Shown piece by piece: positions 19,653-30,352 of a stretch of DNA of 64,000 nt. Under the pieces are notes generated by a model, which worked only from the letters and a program-made list of their open reading frames with translations, was not told the origin of the DNA and searched no databases. The stretch lies in the NCBI GenBank assembly GCA_963667845.2, contig CAXXVL010000002.1, forward strand, positions 1,088,001 through 1,152,000. The letters run 5' to 3'. Each line of letters begins with the position of its first letter. Position 1 is the stretch's first letter. Source of the stretch: Smithellaceae bacterium (GTDB lineage: Bacteria > Desulfobacterota > Syntrophia > Syntrophales > Smithellaceae). Position numbers and translations under genes: made by a program.

Positions 19653-20515
19653 AACGTTTCTTCCCGATGTCGGGCCACGTGGCACTGGATGTTGACGGCC
19701 ACCGGCAGCGAGGCGATATGACAGGGCATCATCTCCGCCTGAACCCCCAGTGTCGTTACCCAGCCGCCCAGTCCTGCGGGACCGATGCCCATTTCATTAA
19801 TCCGCATGGTGAGTTCTTTTTCCATTTGTTCCAGACGTGAATCCGATTGATTCGTTTCACCCACCGGCCGTAAAAGTGCCTTCTTGGCGAGAATGCAGGC
19901 CTGTTCCAGGGATCCGCCGATGCCGACACCCACAATAATCGGCGGGCAGGGGTTGGCGCCGGCCTTTTCTACCGTTTCCAGAACAAATTTTTTGATGCCC
20001 TCGATTCCCGCCGCGGGCGTCAGCATTTTGGATGCGCTCATGTTTTCACTGCCGCCGCCTTTGGGCATGGCAATGATTCTCAGGTGGTTGCCGGGTACAA
20101 TATCGATATGGATAACGGCGGGCGTGTTGTCTTGAGTATTCTTTCTGGTAAGCGGGTCGCACAGGGACTTGCGCAAAAAACCTTCCTGGTAAGCCTGCCT
20201 TACACCTTCGTGAATGGCCTCCCGCAAATCACCGTTGATGACATGGACATCCTGGCCGATTTCAACAAACACAACGGCAAGACCGGTATCCTGACAGATC
20301 GGCATCCGTTCACGACAGGCAATACCGGCATTTTGAAGGATTCTTTCCAGGACCTGTTTACCGATGGGCGATTCTTCGTTGTGCGAGGCAGATTGCAGTG
20401 CGGACATGATATCTGCTCCGAGGACCATATTGGCTTCAATAAACAGTTTTTTTACAGATGCCGTGATTCGCCTGGCGTTGATTCTTCGCAGCGAATGCTT
20501 GGTTTTATCTTCCAT
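19649..20515 (-). CDS. Fe-S hydro-lyase (fumarate hydratase class I) alpha subunit
   Basis: PICQDTG, KGGGSEN, NPCPP, HIASLP..CH. Confidence 0.88.
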   Translation of the reverse strand: MEDKTKHSLRRINARRITASVKKLFIEANMVLGADIMSALQSASHNEESPIGKQVLERILQNAGIACRERMPICQDTGLAVVFVEIGQDVHVINGDLREAIHEGVRQAYQEGFLRKSLCDPLTRKNTQDNTPAVIHIDIVPGNHLRIIAMPKGGGSENMSASKMLTPAAGIEGIKKFVLETVEKAGANPCPPIIVGVGIGGSLEQACILAKKALLRPVGETNQSDSRLEQMEKELTMRINEMGIGPAGLGGWVTTLGVQAEMMPCHIASLPVAVNIQCHVARHREETL

Positions 20516-20524
20516 GAGGGATGC

Positions 20525-21124
20525 CTACATGCCTCGGCGAAATTCCAGCGATTTGGAAATCGTCATTTTGTCTACATATTTCAAGTCGCCGCCCATAGGC
20601 ACGCCCATGGCAATGCGGGTTATCTGAATATTGGCATCTTTGAACATCCGGGTGATGAGAAGGGCGGTGGCTTCGCCGTGAACATTGGGATTGGTGGCGA
20701 GAATCAATTCGTTGATCCGGCCTTCTTGGATACGCTTTTGCAGTTCGCCCAGGCGCAAATTTTCCGGACCGATGCCGTCGAGCGGCGCCAGTGCGCCGTG
20801 CAAAACGTGGTACAATCCATGAAAGACGCCGCTTTCCTCGATAGCGGCCAGGGCGTCGGGCTCTTCGACCACGCAGATCACATGCTGATCGCGCCCCGTA
20901 TTGCTGCAGATATGGCAGATATCTTCTTCAGTTGGATTGAGACAGATCCGGCAGAGGCGGATTTTTCGTTTTACTTCGACCAGGCTTTCGGCCAGTTTCT
21001 CCACATCATCGGGGGTAGCCCGCAAAATGTAGTTGGCCAGCCTTGCCGCCGTCTTCTCACCGATTCCGGGAAGCTTGGCCAGTTCTGCAATCAGACGTTT
21101 AATCGGTTGTGCGTAAGATTTCAT
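20525..21124 (-). CDS. recR: Recombination protein RecR
   Basis: [12 protein letters not shown]hH, C4 zinc finger, Toprim GEATA. Confidence 0.96.
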   Translation of the reverse strand: MKSYAQPIKRLIAELAKLPGIGEKTAARLANYILRATPDDVEKLAESLVEVKRKIRLCRICLNPTEEDICHICSNTGRDQHVICVVEEPDALAAIEESGVFHGLYHVLHGALAPLDGIGPENLRLGELQKRIQEGRINELILATNPNVHGEATALLITRMFKDANIQITRIAMGVPMGGDLKYVDKMTISKSLEFRRGM

Positions 21125-21131
21125 GTGCGCC

Positions 21132-21446
21132 TTACATACCCATTCCGGGGATGCCTAAGCCCCCGGTGATTTTCGCCATTTCGGACGACGCCATTTCCTG
21201 CGATTTGCGGATGCCTTCGTTTACTGCCGCGGCGATCAGGTCCTGCAGCATCTCAACATCTTCCGGATTGACAACTTCCTTCTCAATCTTCAGGGAAACG
21301 ATTTCAAATTTCCCGTTAACCAGCACCTTGACCATGCCTCCGCCGGATTGCGCTTCAATTGTTTTTGATTCCAGTTCCTGCTGCAACCGGCCAATTTTCT
21401 CCTGCATTTTCTTGGCCTGTTTCATGATATTGCCGATGTTATGCAC
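21132..21446 (-). CDS. ybaB: Nucleoid-associated protein YbaB/EbfC
   Basis: [30 protein letters not shown]; lies between dnaX and recR. Confidence 0.95.
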   Translation of the reverse strand: MHNIGNIMKQAKKMQEKIGRLQQELESKTIEAQSGGGMVKVLVNGKFEIVSLKIEKEVVNPEDVEMLQDLIAAAVNEGIRKSQEMASSEMAKITGGLGIPGMGM

Positions 21447-21593
21447 TTTGGTTACCCCCCCTGTTTCTGATGGCCTGTTAAAAATTCCTCGGCATGCGCC
21501 GGGCTTCGCATATGCTGCAATGGATATGCTTTTCTCTCTTACCCTGCTTCCGGGACTTTTCTTTATACCATCGAAAGAATTATTTTGGTTTAT

Positions 21594-23288
21594 TTATGTT
21601 ATTTTCTTATCCGTAATTGGTTTTATATCTACAAGCTCCGCGCCTTCAAACTGTGAAAGCACTTTCTGGAAAATCGGCGAATTCATGGCCTCGCGCTTGA
21701 TATCGTTTAAGGTGTTCGTTTTTGTGCTGCGGTTAGAGCCGTTCACCTTCGGCGTCTCGATCGATTTTATCACCAGGGAGACTTTTTGCGAATAAAAAAG
21801 TTCCGCAATTCTTTCCAACTCTTCTTTCTGCGGCTTTTCCATAATGCTCTCGAGAAAAATATAACCATTCGGAAAGCCCAGTGTCAAACAGCCGTTCTCC
21901 ATCCCCAGAATTTCTGCCGCATCAATTTTAGCGCCCAGCGGCGGATTTTCCCGCTTGATAAATTTTTTCAAATCATGGCCCGGAGCGGGTTTGGCCGTAT
22001 GGCGGGGTTGAGCCGCTTCGGAAACGGGTTGGGGGCCGGGAGGATCGGCAACGTCTTGCGGTACCGCGGGTTGAGGTGGCTCGAACGATTTTGTTGCCGC
22101 CGGCTCGGCGACAATCCTATCCCGGGATGGCGAATCATTGTTGGCAAGCCTGTTCTCCAGTGATTCCAGAGCTGCCAGGATTTCGCCGACAGGAAAAACC
22201 GGTTCCAAATAAGCCATCCGGACCAGGATGGTTTCAATTTTCATCCGCACTTCCTGGCTGCGGCGCAGACTGTCGGCTTCACCGAGAAGAATATCCAGGT
22301 AACGCTGCAGTGTTTCGCGGGAGATATGTTGCGTTTGATTCTTAAGTTTTGCCACCTGTTCCGGTGCGATGTCAAAGGACGAACCGCCGTCTGCGGCGAT
22401 TTTCATCAGCAGTAAATTGCGGAAATGCCGAAGCAGCATCGAATAAAAGTGTTTCATGTCAATGCCCGCCAGATAGGCTTCTTCCAGGATCATCAGGCAG
22501 GCGCCGGCGTTGCGGGCCATGACCGCTTCAGAAAGGCGATAGAGGTATTTACGATCGGCAAGTCCCAGGATGTCTTCCACATCATCGTCGGAGATGGCCA
22601 TGCCGGCGTAAGAAATTACCTGATCGAAAATGCTCTGGGCGTCGCGCATGCTCCCGTCGCCGGCTTCGGCAACCCAGGAAAGCGCCGTCGGGCTGATCGT
22701 AATGCCTTCTTTGCCGGCGATTATTGCCAGATTATCCGCAATTTGCTTAAGTGATATGCGGCGGAAATCATAACACTGGCAGCGCGACAGAATCGTTGCC
22801 GGTACTTTGTGGTTTTCCGTCGTGGCAAAAATAAAAATGACGTGGCCGGGCGGTTCTTCCAGCGTTTTTAAAAGCGCATTGAACGCCTCGCGGGTCAACA
22901 TATGCACTTCATCGATGATGTAGATTTTGTATTTGGAGGCAGCCGGAGCAAATTTGACATTTTCGCGAAGTTCGCGGATTTCATCTATTCCGCGATTGGA
23001 GGCGCCGTCGATTTCGCGAACGTCCATCGACGTACCTTCCGTAATCTCCTTGCAGTTCGGACAGACATTGCAGGGTTCGGCCGTCGGTCCTTTCTCGCAG
23101 TTGAGCGATTTGGCCAGAATCCGGGCCACCGATGTCTTGCCGACGCCCCGGGGGCCGGAAAACAGAAAGGCGTGTCCGATGCGTCCCTGTCCAATCGCAT
23201 TGGCCAAGGTTCGGATGACGGGCTCCTGACCCGCAACATCGTCAAATTTTTGCGGGCGAAATTTTCGGGCTAATACCAGATATTCCAA
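21594..23288 (-). CDS. dnaX: DNA polymerase III subunit gamma/tau
   Basis: LARKFRP, GPRGVGKT, IIDEVHML, SRC motif. Confidence 0.96.
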   Translation of the reverse strand: MEYLVLARKFRPQKFDDVAGQEPVIRTLANAIGQGRIGHAFLFSGPRGVGKTSVARILAKSLNCEKGPTAEPCNVCPNCKEITEGTSMDVREIDGASNRGIDEIRELRENVKFAPAASKYKIYIIDEVHMLTREAFNALLKTLEEPPGHVIFIFATTENHKVPATILSRCQCYDFRRISLKQIADNLAIIAGKEGITISPTALSWVAEAGDGSMRDAQSIFDQVISYAGMAISDDDVEDILGLADRKYLYRLSEAVMARNAGACLMILEEAYLAGIDMKHFYSMLLRHFRNLLLMKIAADGGSSFDIAPEQVAKLKNQTQHISRETLQRYLDILLGEADSLRRSQEVRMKIETILVRMAYLEPVFPVGEILAALESLENRLANNDSPSRDRIVAEPAATKSFEPPQPAVPQDVADPPGPQPVSEAAQPRHTAKPAPGHDLKKFIKRENPPLGAKIDAAEILGMENGCLTLGFPNGYIFLESIMEKPQKEELERIAELFYSQKVSLVIKSIETPKVNGSNRSTKTNTLNDIKREAMNSPIFQKVLSQFEGAELVDIKPITDKKIT

Positions 23289-23340
23289 TTATACCTCGTT
23301 ACATTGGGTTTTTTGCGCCGGAGATAATAAATTATAAATG

Positions 23341-23437
23341 GAGACCGGGTTTACCGCAACACACGATGGGATTTGCTGCCGCTGCTTCCTTCCGGACCTG
23401 ACGGGGTTCACAAGCCTTCGTTGTACGGGACCCGGCC
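23341..23437 (-). ncRNA. ffs: Signal recognition particle 4.5S RNA
   Basis: Minus strand reads GGCCGGGTCCC...GTCAGGTCCGGAAGGAAGCAGC...CCCGGTCTC, with the conserved helix-8 core, upstream of dnaX. Confidence 0.93.
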
Positions 23438-23552
23438 ATAATTTCATATATTGCCTGATCAAGACTCTTAATGGATAAATGGACAGGAATCAACCCAAAT
23501 TTTGAAGACACTGGCTGAATAATAAGGGTGAGCTTTAACCTGCTGCAATTAA

Positions 23553-23646
23553 TGGCGGAGAGTGGGGGATTCGAACCCCCGTGGGAGCTTGTGACCCCCA
23601 AATCGATTTCGAGTCGATCCCGTTACGACCACTTCGGTAACTCTCC
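23553..23646 (-). tRNA. tRNA-Ser (CGA)
   Basis: GGAGAG...anticodon loop CTCGAAA, long variable arm, GGTTCGAATCC, encoded CCA. Confidence 0.95.
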
Positions 23647-23667
23647 GATTATCTTAACATCATTATT

Positions 23668-23700
23668 CGATAGGGACGTTGAAGGCCAACGTCCCTATCG
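23668..23700. repeat. Perfect 14-bp inverted repeat between the tRNAs
   Basis: CGATAGGGACGTTG-AAGGC-CAACGTCCCTATCG. Confidence 0.8.
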
Positions 23701-23708
23701 TTGTTATC

Positions 23709-23802
23709 TGGCGGAGAGAGCGGGATTCGAACCCGCGGTACACCTTTGTGGGCATACACACGATTTCCAGTCGTGCTCCTTCGGCCACTCAGACATCTCT
23801 CC
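23709..23802 (-). tRNA. tRNA-Ser (GGA)
   Basis: GGAGAGA...loop CTGGAAA, long variable arm, GGTTCGAATCC, encoded CCA. Confidence 0.95.
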
Positions 23803-23807
23803 GCGCC

Positions 23808-24281
23808 TTATTCAGTTGCCGACTCGGCTCTTATCCTCTTTTCTCTAAAAAATCTACTCAAAATTTCCCCGCATTCGTCCCGCAAGATTCCTTCCGACAA
23901 ACGCACCTGATGATTGAAACGATTATCACTCAGAATTTGATAAAGAGAAACCACCGCTCCGGCTTTCGGATCGCGCGCACCGAAAATAACCTGACTAAGC
24001 CTTGCCTGGAGAATTGCGCCGGCGCACATGACGCAGGGTTCCAGTGTCACATAGAGTTTCGCCCCGGTCAGGCGGTAATTGCCGATCTCTGTGCAGGCCT
24101 TGCGGATGGCGAGCATTTCGGCATGTGCGGAAGCATCGTTACCGGCAATGGGAGCGTTGTGCGCTGAGGCGAGAATGCGGTCATCCTGAACCAATACCGC
24201 GCCGATAGGCACTTCGTCCCGCGCAGCTGCCTTACGCGCTTCTTCCAGAGCCAGTCTCATGTAATCTTCATCTGTCAGCAT
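23808..24281 (-). CDS. tadA: tRNA adenosine(34) deaminase
   Basis: EVPIGAV, HAE, EPCVMC motifs. Confidence 0.95.
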   Translation of the reverse strand: MLTDEDYMRLALEEARKAAARDEVPIGAVLVQDDRILASAHNAPIAGNDASAHAEMLAIRKACTEIGNYRLTGAKLYVTLEPCVMCAGAILQARLSQVIFGARDPKAGAVVSLYQILSDNRFNHQVRLSEGILRDECGEILSRFFREKRIRAESATE

Positions 24282-24375
24282 GTTTTATCCCGCCGTGTCT
24301 AAAATCACATTTTCGTTATCATATTGTTGATTTTGAGGCAAATGCCGTATATGATTGCGCATAAGCGAGAAAAGC

Positions 24376-24936
24376 ATGGATTCAAAAAAGATTTTTCTTT
24401 TACCGATCATTATCTCCATCATCGGGCATGTCGCGTTGATTACCGTGAGCAGCATGGTGGACCTGCGCGACAATGTCAAAGCCGCCGAACTTTTCACCGT
24501 TCGAATTGCGCAATCTGAGCCCCAGCGGGCCGAAGAACCCAAAAAAGAAGAAAAAGCAAAACCGGTGCGCGAAAAAATACAGCCGCAAAAACGGGAAGCC
24601 AAGCCAATCCCGGAGGGCGGACGCGAAGACACGGTGGATCTGGGTTCTTCCGATATGAAGTATGCAGGCTATCTGGCGACTTTGAAAAAAAAGATTTTGC
24701 CGATCTGGACATCTGCCGAAGCATACAGGAGCAGCGAAGCCGGCGTAGTGGTCATCCTGATGTCCATTAATGCCGATGGTTCATTGTCGCAGTTGCTTCT
24801 GACGTCGTCATCCGGTTCGGCGAGTCTTGATCAGGGAACCCTGGATGTCATCAATGCCGCGGCGCCTTTTAATCCGCTGCCCGCAAAATATGAGCTTTCG
24901 CGCCTGCACATCACCGCATCGTTTCGCTACCAGTAA
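24376..24936 (+). CDS. TonB C-terminal domain protein (TonB/TolA-like)
   Basis: N-terminal TM with S-x3-H, charged Pro/Lys linker, SSGSASLD..AAPF..LP C-terminal domain. Confidence 0.75.
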   Translation: MDSKKIFLLPIIISIIGHVALITVSSMVDLRDNVKAAELFTVRIAQSEPQRAEEPKKEEKAKPVREKIQPQKREAKPIPEGGREDTVDLGSSDMKYAGYLATLKKKILPIWTSAEAYRSSEAGVVVILMSINADGSLSQLLLTSSSGSASLDQGTLDVINAAAPFNPLPAKYELSRLHITASFRYQ

Positions 24937-25053
24937 CAGGCGGCGGTGCAGGAAAGTCGCGGACGCGAGACCTAAGCGAGATGCAGCCGGGAGAGACCGC
25001 ACGGGGTGGAGAGTCGGAGAGCCCGTTTTCTCTGAATTATTTTTTCTTACCCT

Positions 25054-26274
25054 TCATGTGAATTGGATGGTCAGCATGGAGAAGTCGTCATCCAGAATAT
25101 CCTGACCCCTGTAAGCCTGCATTTTGTGATAGAGCGCATCGATATCTTCGCCCCTGCCAAGCGGGTTTTCCAGCACATAGGTTCCCAGTTCGTCCAGCGT
25201 CCACATCTCGCCGCCGGGATGGTCCACCTCGTAAACACCGTCCGAAAAAATATACAGATGAGCTTCCGGCGGCACGGCGACGGAGCTTCCCTGATATGTG
25301 CTCTCGGGCAGTCCGCCGATAAACAGATTATTCGTCATCAACTTGGTGAGCCCTCCCTCCTGGGAAACGAGGAAAGCCGGCGGATGCCCACCGCTGGCAA
25401 AACGCAGTTCGCGGTTGGGACGATTGAAAACACCATACCAGATGGTGAAGTAGAGATTGTTGTGGTGCTCCATCTGGAAGGCATCATTGAGCGTCGCCAG
25501 AACCTGCTGGGGCAGCCGGAAATCCGTTTTCGGCAGCGTCTGGGAGCGGATGGCATTGAAGGCGGAAACGGACAGCAACGCCGAGCCGACCCCGTGTCCG
25601 CAGACATCGAGAAGATACATGGCGAAGTTGTCTTCGTCGATCCAGTGATAGCCGAAGCTGTCGCCGCCCAGCTGCGCACTCGGAAAGAAGCGCCAGGCCG
25701 TGGTGATGTTTCCCGTGGGAAGAGGTTCCGGCATGAGCGAGACGACATAGTCCGCCGCCTGCGCGAGTTCCGCGGCGAGCGCCTGACGGCTGGCCAGCAG
25801 AGCGGCATACGCCTCGTTTCTCTGCAGCAGGTTGATATAGCCCTGCGAATGGTAACGGATGCGCGCGATGAGTTCAATCCGGTCCGGAAGCTTCACCAGG
25901 TAGTCGTTGGCTCCGAGCTCAAACGCTTTTGCTTTCGTCACGGCCTCTTCATTGGAGGACAGAACGATCAGGGGCACATTCTTCAACTGGGGGTGAACCC
26001 GGAAAAATTTTACCATTGTCAGACCATCGATATCCGGCATGACCAGATCCTGAAGGATGACGGTCGGGGCATACTCGGCGGCTGTCGGGATCGCCTGTGT
26101 CGGGTCCTGGCAGAATTGAAAGATGATATCGGTTTCCGGTTCGAGCATCCGCTTCACGGCTGCGCCGACAATGGCCTGATCGTCGATGAGGAGAACCTTG
26201 ATCTTATGAGCCGTGAGGGTTGCGGCTTGGTCCTGGCCGGACCGGGCGGGGATGGGTGTCTCTTTTTCTGGCAT
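25054..26274 (-). CDS. WspR-type receiver/stalk fused to a PP2C (SpoIIE/RsbU) phosphatase
   Basis: VLLIDDQ, ILQDLVMP, ANDYLVKLPD.IEL.ARIRYHS (WspR-like); GGD, DVCGHG, FSDG and DDFS PP2C motifs. Confidence 0.88.
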   Translation of the reverse strand: MPEKETPIPARSGQDQAATLTAHKIKVLLIDDQAIVGAAVKRMLEPETDIIFQFCQDPTQAIPTAAEYAPTVILQDLVMPDIDGLTMVKFFRVHPQLKNVPLIVLSSNEEAVTKAKAFELGANDYLVKLPDRIELIARIRYHSQGYINLLQRNEAYAALLASRQALAAELAQAADYVVSLMPEPLPTGNITTAWRFFPSAQLGGDSFGYHWIDEDNFAMYLLDVCGHGVGSALLSVSAFNAIRSQTLPKTDFRLPQQVLATLNDAFQMEHHNNLYFTIWYGVFNRPNRELRFASGGHPPAFLVSQEGGLTKLMTNNLFIGGLPESTYQGSSVAVPPEAHLYIFSDGVYEVDHPGGEMWTLDELGTYVLENPLGRGEDIDALYHKMQAYRGQDILDDDFSMLTIQFT

Positions 26275-26286
26275 AATATAATTCCT

Positions 26287-27309
26287 TTACTTTAAATGGA
26301 CCTTTTTCAAAATGGCTCCGGCGATTTTTTCCAGGGGCAGGATTTCAACCGCGCCCCCCAGTTCTACAGCCGCCGCAGGCATTCCATAGACAATGGACGT
26401 TTCTTCATCCTGGACGATCGTGTGCCAGCCCGTCTTCCTAAGCGCCGTGAGTCCTTCCGCACCGTCGCGTCCCATGCCCGTGAGGAGAATCGCCAGATCC
26501 TTCCTCGGCCAGTATAGCCGGATACTGTCAAAGAACGTGTTGACGGAGGGGCGATAAGGATACTCCCGGGGATGCTCCGAATAGTGGAGGGCCTGATCCG
26601 GGCCGAAGACGAGATGATCGTTTGTTCCCGCGACGAGAACCACACCGGAACGGGGCCGCATGCCTTCCGCGGCCAGGGCCACGGCAAGCGGCGTTTGAGA
26701 GTTCAGCCATTCGGCAAGACCCTGGGCAAACTGCTGATCGACGTGCTGACAGATGACCACTGCGGCATCCAGTTTTTCGGGAAGGCCGGACAGAATGGTC
26801 GCCAGAGCCTTGGGGCCTCCGGTGGACGATCCGATAGCGACCAGATACGGAAGGTGACCCGGAGAATGCCGGCTTTTGCCGGCGCCCAGGTGCGCCGGCT
26901 GGGTCGTATTGCCGAGAAGCTTGGCCATCGTAACGACTTTTTTGAGCAGGACGTCCCGGCCCGCCACGAAGCCATCGTCCTGGAGAACAGGTGTGGCAAT
27001 AGCGTCCAGCGCTCCGCAACCCATTGCCTCGAAGACTTTTCCCGCCTGCTTGGCCAGAGCATCGGAGAGAATCAGGATGGCGCAGGGAGCCTCCTTCATG
27101 ATATCGCAGATCAGCTGGGCGCCGTTAACATTGGCCAGGCCCAGATCGACAAGCAGCAGATCCGGTGGTTCGCGCCGGCACTTTGTGAGGACTTCGGCTC
27201 CGCTGCCCGTGGTCCAGAGTATTTTATAGTCTGTTTCCTGGGAGATGATTTGCCGGACTAGGGTCAGAGCGGCTGTGTCACGATGAGCAATGGCAATCGT
27301 TAGAGGCAT
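26287..27309 (-). CDS. cheB: Chemotaxis methylesterase, WspF type
   Basis: REC plus GSSTGG, QHV, YRPSV, LTGMGRDG. Confidence 0.9.
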   Translation of the reverse strand: MPLTIAIAHRDTAALTLVRQIISQETDYKILWTTGSGAEVLTKCRREPPDLLLVDLGLANVNGAQLICDIMKEAPCAILILSDALAKQAGKVFEAMGCGALDAIATPVLQDDGFVAGRDVLLKKVVTMAKLLGNTTQPAHLGAGKSRHSPGHLPYLVAIGSSTGGPKALATILSGLPEKLDAAVVICQHVDQQFAQGLAEWLNSQTPLAVALAAEGMRPRSGVVLVAGTNDHLVFGPDQALHYSEHPREYPYRPSVNTFFDSIRLYWPRKDLAILLTGMGRDGAEGLTALRKTGWHTIVQDEETSIVYGMPAAAVELGGAVEILPLEKIAGAILKKVHLK

Positions 27310-29684
27310 CAGGGACCTCCGATCAAATCGAGGACAGCCGTCAGCAGACTCTCATCGTGAAAGCTGCCTTTCGTCAGGTAATAATTCGCTCCGGCTTCGA
27401 GGCCGCGCAGACGGTCCTCCTCGCGATCCTTATAAGAAACGATCATCACCGGCACATCTTTAAGAAGCGGATCGGCTTTTACGGTTCGGACCAGCTCAAT
27501 GCCGTTCATGCGGGGCATATCGACGTCGGAGATGAGGAGATCAAACGAATGGGCAGTCATGATGTTCCAGCCGTCCACGCCGTCCACGGCCGTGGTGACG
27601 TCGTAGCCGGCATTTTCCAGAAGCCGCCGCTCGACTTCGCGGACTGTGAGAGAATCATCAACGACGAGGATGCGCTTTTTTCCGGCGGGCAGGGCCTGAC
27701 GTCCTTTGCCGACTTTTTGAAGTTTTCCGGTCGTGAGGAGCTGGTGGATGGATCGGACCAGGTCATCAACGTCAAAGATGACGACAGGCGAGCCGTCGTC
27801 GAGGATGGCTCCGGCGCTGATATTGGGAATCTTCCCGAGACGGCTGTCAAGCGGACGGACAACCAGGCTCTCTTCGCCGATGACATGATCAACGACCAGG
27901 CCGTAACGATTCAGGCGATCACTGATAATAACGATCGAGAAAGTGACGGTGGGAGTGGGCACAGGCGTCAACTGAAAAAGCTGGCGGGCATCGAGAATGC
28001 CGATATGTTCCCCGTCCAGGGTGCAATAAGAACGGTCTTCAATTTCCCGGATATCGGCCCGGGTGAGCGACAGGACCCGGTCGATGCGCGACAGCGGCAA
28101 AGCATAAGGCTCATCGCCGATGGACAAAAGCAGGGTTCTGAGGACGGAGAGTGTCAGCGGCAGTTGTAGATGGAAACGGGCGCCGCGGCCGGCTTCGGCG
28201 TCAACCCGCACAGTGCCTCCGACTTCATGCGCCATGTTAAAGACGACGTCGAGGCCGACACCGCGTCCTGAAATTTCCGTCACGGTTTTGGCCGTCGAGA
28301 ACCCCGGCAGGAAGAGGAATTCAAAAAGCTCCGTCCGGCTTAAGCTTCCGGCCATCTCCGGCGAGACGTAGCCTTTCTCCACCACTTTGCCCCGCAGATC
28401 TTCCGGATTGATGCCCCGGCCGTCATCGGTCAGCGAAATGTTCAACATCCCGGCGACATGCCGGGCTTCCAGGACGAGGGTTCCCTCGGCGGGCTTACCG
28501 GCCGCGTTCCGGTCGGCGGGTGTTTCCATGCCGTGGTCGATGGCATTACGGATGAGATGGGACAGGGGCGCTTCCAGCCTCTCCAGAATATCACGGTCGA
28601 CCGGCGTGGCCGCTCCGGCAATTTCGAAGCGGACCTGTTTTCCGGTTTCCCGGGCCAGGTCCCGGACCATGCGCGAAAAGCCGTGCAGACCGTCGGAGAA
28701 AGGCACCATTCGGCTCGAGATGACTTCGTTATAAAGACGATGCGCCAGATGCTCCAGGCGCCGCGAGAAGCGTTCGAACCGGACGATATCCTGAGCAACG
28801 GTCTGTTCGGCTTCAGTGACGCGGGTCAGGGTTTCCTGCAGACTGTCCGAGCCTTCGCCGTCTCCATTTTTGGCCTGGGATTCCAGGGAGTGGCGAAGGG
28901 GCTTTTCCACCTCGAAGATATCTTTCTTCAGGCGCAGCAGACTTTGATAGACCGTTTTGACGGTCTGGGACTGAACCAGACATTCGCCGGCCAGGGCCAT
29001 AAGACGGTTCATGTTTTCCGCCCGGACGCGCACCAGGCCTCCTTCTCCTTTATCCTGTGCGGCGCGGGGGCGGGAGGCGGGCGAAGCGACAGGCGAAGCG
29101 ATGCAGGTATTACTCGCGCCGGAATCCGGCGCAGGTTCGGCCCGAAGTGTAAAGTCCTTTCCCGAAAAAGGCGCACCGGCCGCTGCTTCAGTTTCCAGGG
29201 CGACGGCGGAAGGCGGGGCGGCGGTTGTCGCCGCTGCTGCCGGCGGCGACGGTTCCGTCAGGGGTTCGGGTGCTGCCGTCAATAAAACCCGCAATTGATC
29301 TGACTGGACCTGAATCTCGCCTGTCGCTCTTTCCAGAGCTGCCGGCAGCTCACTTACGTCCAGACGGGACAGGGCGGCAAAGAAATCATTTCCTTTCAAG
29401 AGCCGGTCCACCGCATCGGATGTCAGGGGCCGCTTCCCATGCTGGGCTGCAGAAAGGACGTCCTCCATAGCATGGGCCAGAGTGACCGCAGCCGTCAATC
29501 CCACGATCCGGGCGGCCCCTTTGATGGAATGAGCGGCCCGCATGAGGGGCTCTATCCGCTCCGGCGTTTGGTCGCGCTCGGCCGTGACGAGGCCCGATTC
29601 CAGAGTCCGGGTGTTATTTTCGAGCTCCACGCGGAACAAATCCAACATCAGGGGGTCGATGGGCGTACGGGTGGAATCGGTCAT
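27309..29684 (-). CDS. cheA: CheA-like hybrid kinase with C-terminal receiver, WspE type
   Basis: MRAAHSIKG HPt, HLIRNAIDHG, SGRGVGLDVV, CheW domain, VVDDSLTVRE receiver. Confidence 0.92.
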   Translation of the reverse strand: MTDSTRTPIDPLMLDLFRVELENNTRTLESGLVTAERDQTPERIEPLMRAAHSIKGAARIVGLTAAVTLAHAMEDVLSAAQHGKRPLTSDAVDRLLKGNDFFAALSRLDVSELPAALERATGEIQVQSDQLRVLLTAAPEPLTEPSPPAAAATTAAPPSAVALETEAAAGAPFSGKDFTLRAEPAPDSGASNTCIASPVASPASRPRAAQDKGEGGLVRVRAENMNRLMALAGECLVQSQTVKTVYQSLLRLKKDIFEVEKPLRHSLESQAKNGDGEGSDSLQETLTRVTEAEQTVAQDIVRFERFSRRLEHLAHRLYNEVISSRMVPFSDGLHGFSRMVRDLARETGKQVRFEIAGAATPVDRDILERLEAPLSHLIRNAIDHGMETPADRNAAGKPAEGTLVLEARHVAGMLNISLTDDGRGINPEDLRGKVVEKGYVSPEMAGSLSRTELFEFLFLPGFSTAKTVTEISGRGVGLDVVFNMAHEVGGTVRVDAEAGRGARFHLQLPLTLSVLRTLLLSIGDEPYALPLSRIDRVLSLTRADIREIEDRSYCTLDGEHIGILDARQLFQLTPVPTPTVTFSIVIISDRLNRYGLVVDHVIGEESLVVRPLDSRLGKIPNISAGAILDDGSPVVIFDVDDLVRSIHQLLTTGKLQKVGKGRQALPAGKKRILVVDDSLTVREVERRLLENAGYDVTTAVDGVDGWNIMTAHSFDLLISDVDMPRMNGIELVRTVKADPLLKDVPVMIVSYKDREEDRLRGLEAGANYYLTKGSFHDESLLTAVLDLIGGP

Positions 29685-30352
29685 TGATTAAGACTCCTCG
29701 TCATGGAGGGGAAAAGCCGATCTTCATCCAGGAGTCCCACGTTGCGGCCGCCCAGTTGAAAAATTCCCCGGGTCAGCGACCTCGCGGAACGGGACAGCGT
29801 TGCGGGGACTTCGACCAGATCCTCCGGAGCGACCCGATGGACTCCCAGAATCTGCTCGACGGGAAATACGAAGCGTTGCCCCTCGCGTCCGACCACCAGC
29901 ATGCGTTCATAGATGACGGGCGCAGTTTGTTCCTCATCCTGCGTAAGCTCCAGGAGACTGGCCAGCGACAGACAGAGCAGAAGTTCTCCATTGATGTTGG
30001 CGATTCCCTGAAAAACACGATTAACTTTCAGAGGCAATGTATGAATCGGCGACGGCTCCGCCGCTTCCTGGAAGAAGATGGTTTTCAGCGCAAACCGTTC
30101 ACCGGATAAGCGAAAGGCCATGACCGAAATGGTTCCGAGCCTTGCCGATTCTTTAGGCTGGGCCATGACGGGTGTCCGGTCCTCCAGATAGCCCTGCGGC
30201 AAATCCTGATCCAGGTGCTGTCTTCCGGCTGTGGCATAAACAGGGCAGCGGCGGCAATGAATCAGACGCGCCAGTTCGACGCACGAGCCGTCGCCAAAGA
30301 TTCCTTTTTCTTTCCAGCAATATTTCGATGCACTCGTCATATTTTCTTTCAC
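29681..30352 (-). CDS. cheW: CheW-like scaffold, WspD type
   Basis: Cys-rich N-terminus (CW..G..GDGSC..L...HCRRCPVY) plus CheW domain. Confidence 0.88.
   Translation of the reverse strand: MKENMTSASKYCWKEKGIFGDGSCVELARLIHCRRCPVYATAGRQHLDQDLPQGYLEDRTPVMAQPKESARLGTISVMAFRLSGERFALKTIFFQEAAEPSPIHTLPLKVNRVFQGIANINGELLLCLSLASLLELTQDEEQTAPVIYERMLVVGREGQRFVFPVEQILGVHRVAPEDLVEVPATLSRSARSLTRGIFQLGGRNVGLLDEDRLFPSMTRSLNQ

Noticed and set aside
21594..23288. Programmed -1 frameshift in dnaX
   Set aside because: No in-frame A-AAA-AAG-type slippery heptamer spotted; the A6 run near 21965 is not in a canonical phase
23553..23802. tRNA genes as an island integration site
   Set aside because: No integrase and no duplicated tRNA 3' end seen; flanking genes are housekeeping
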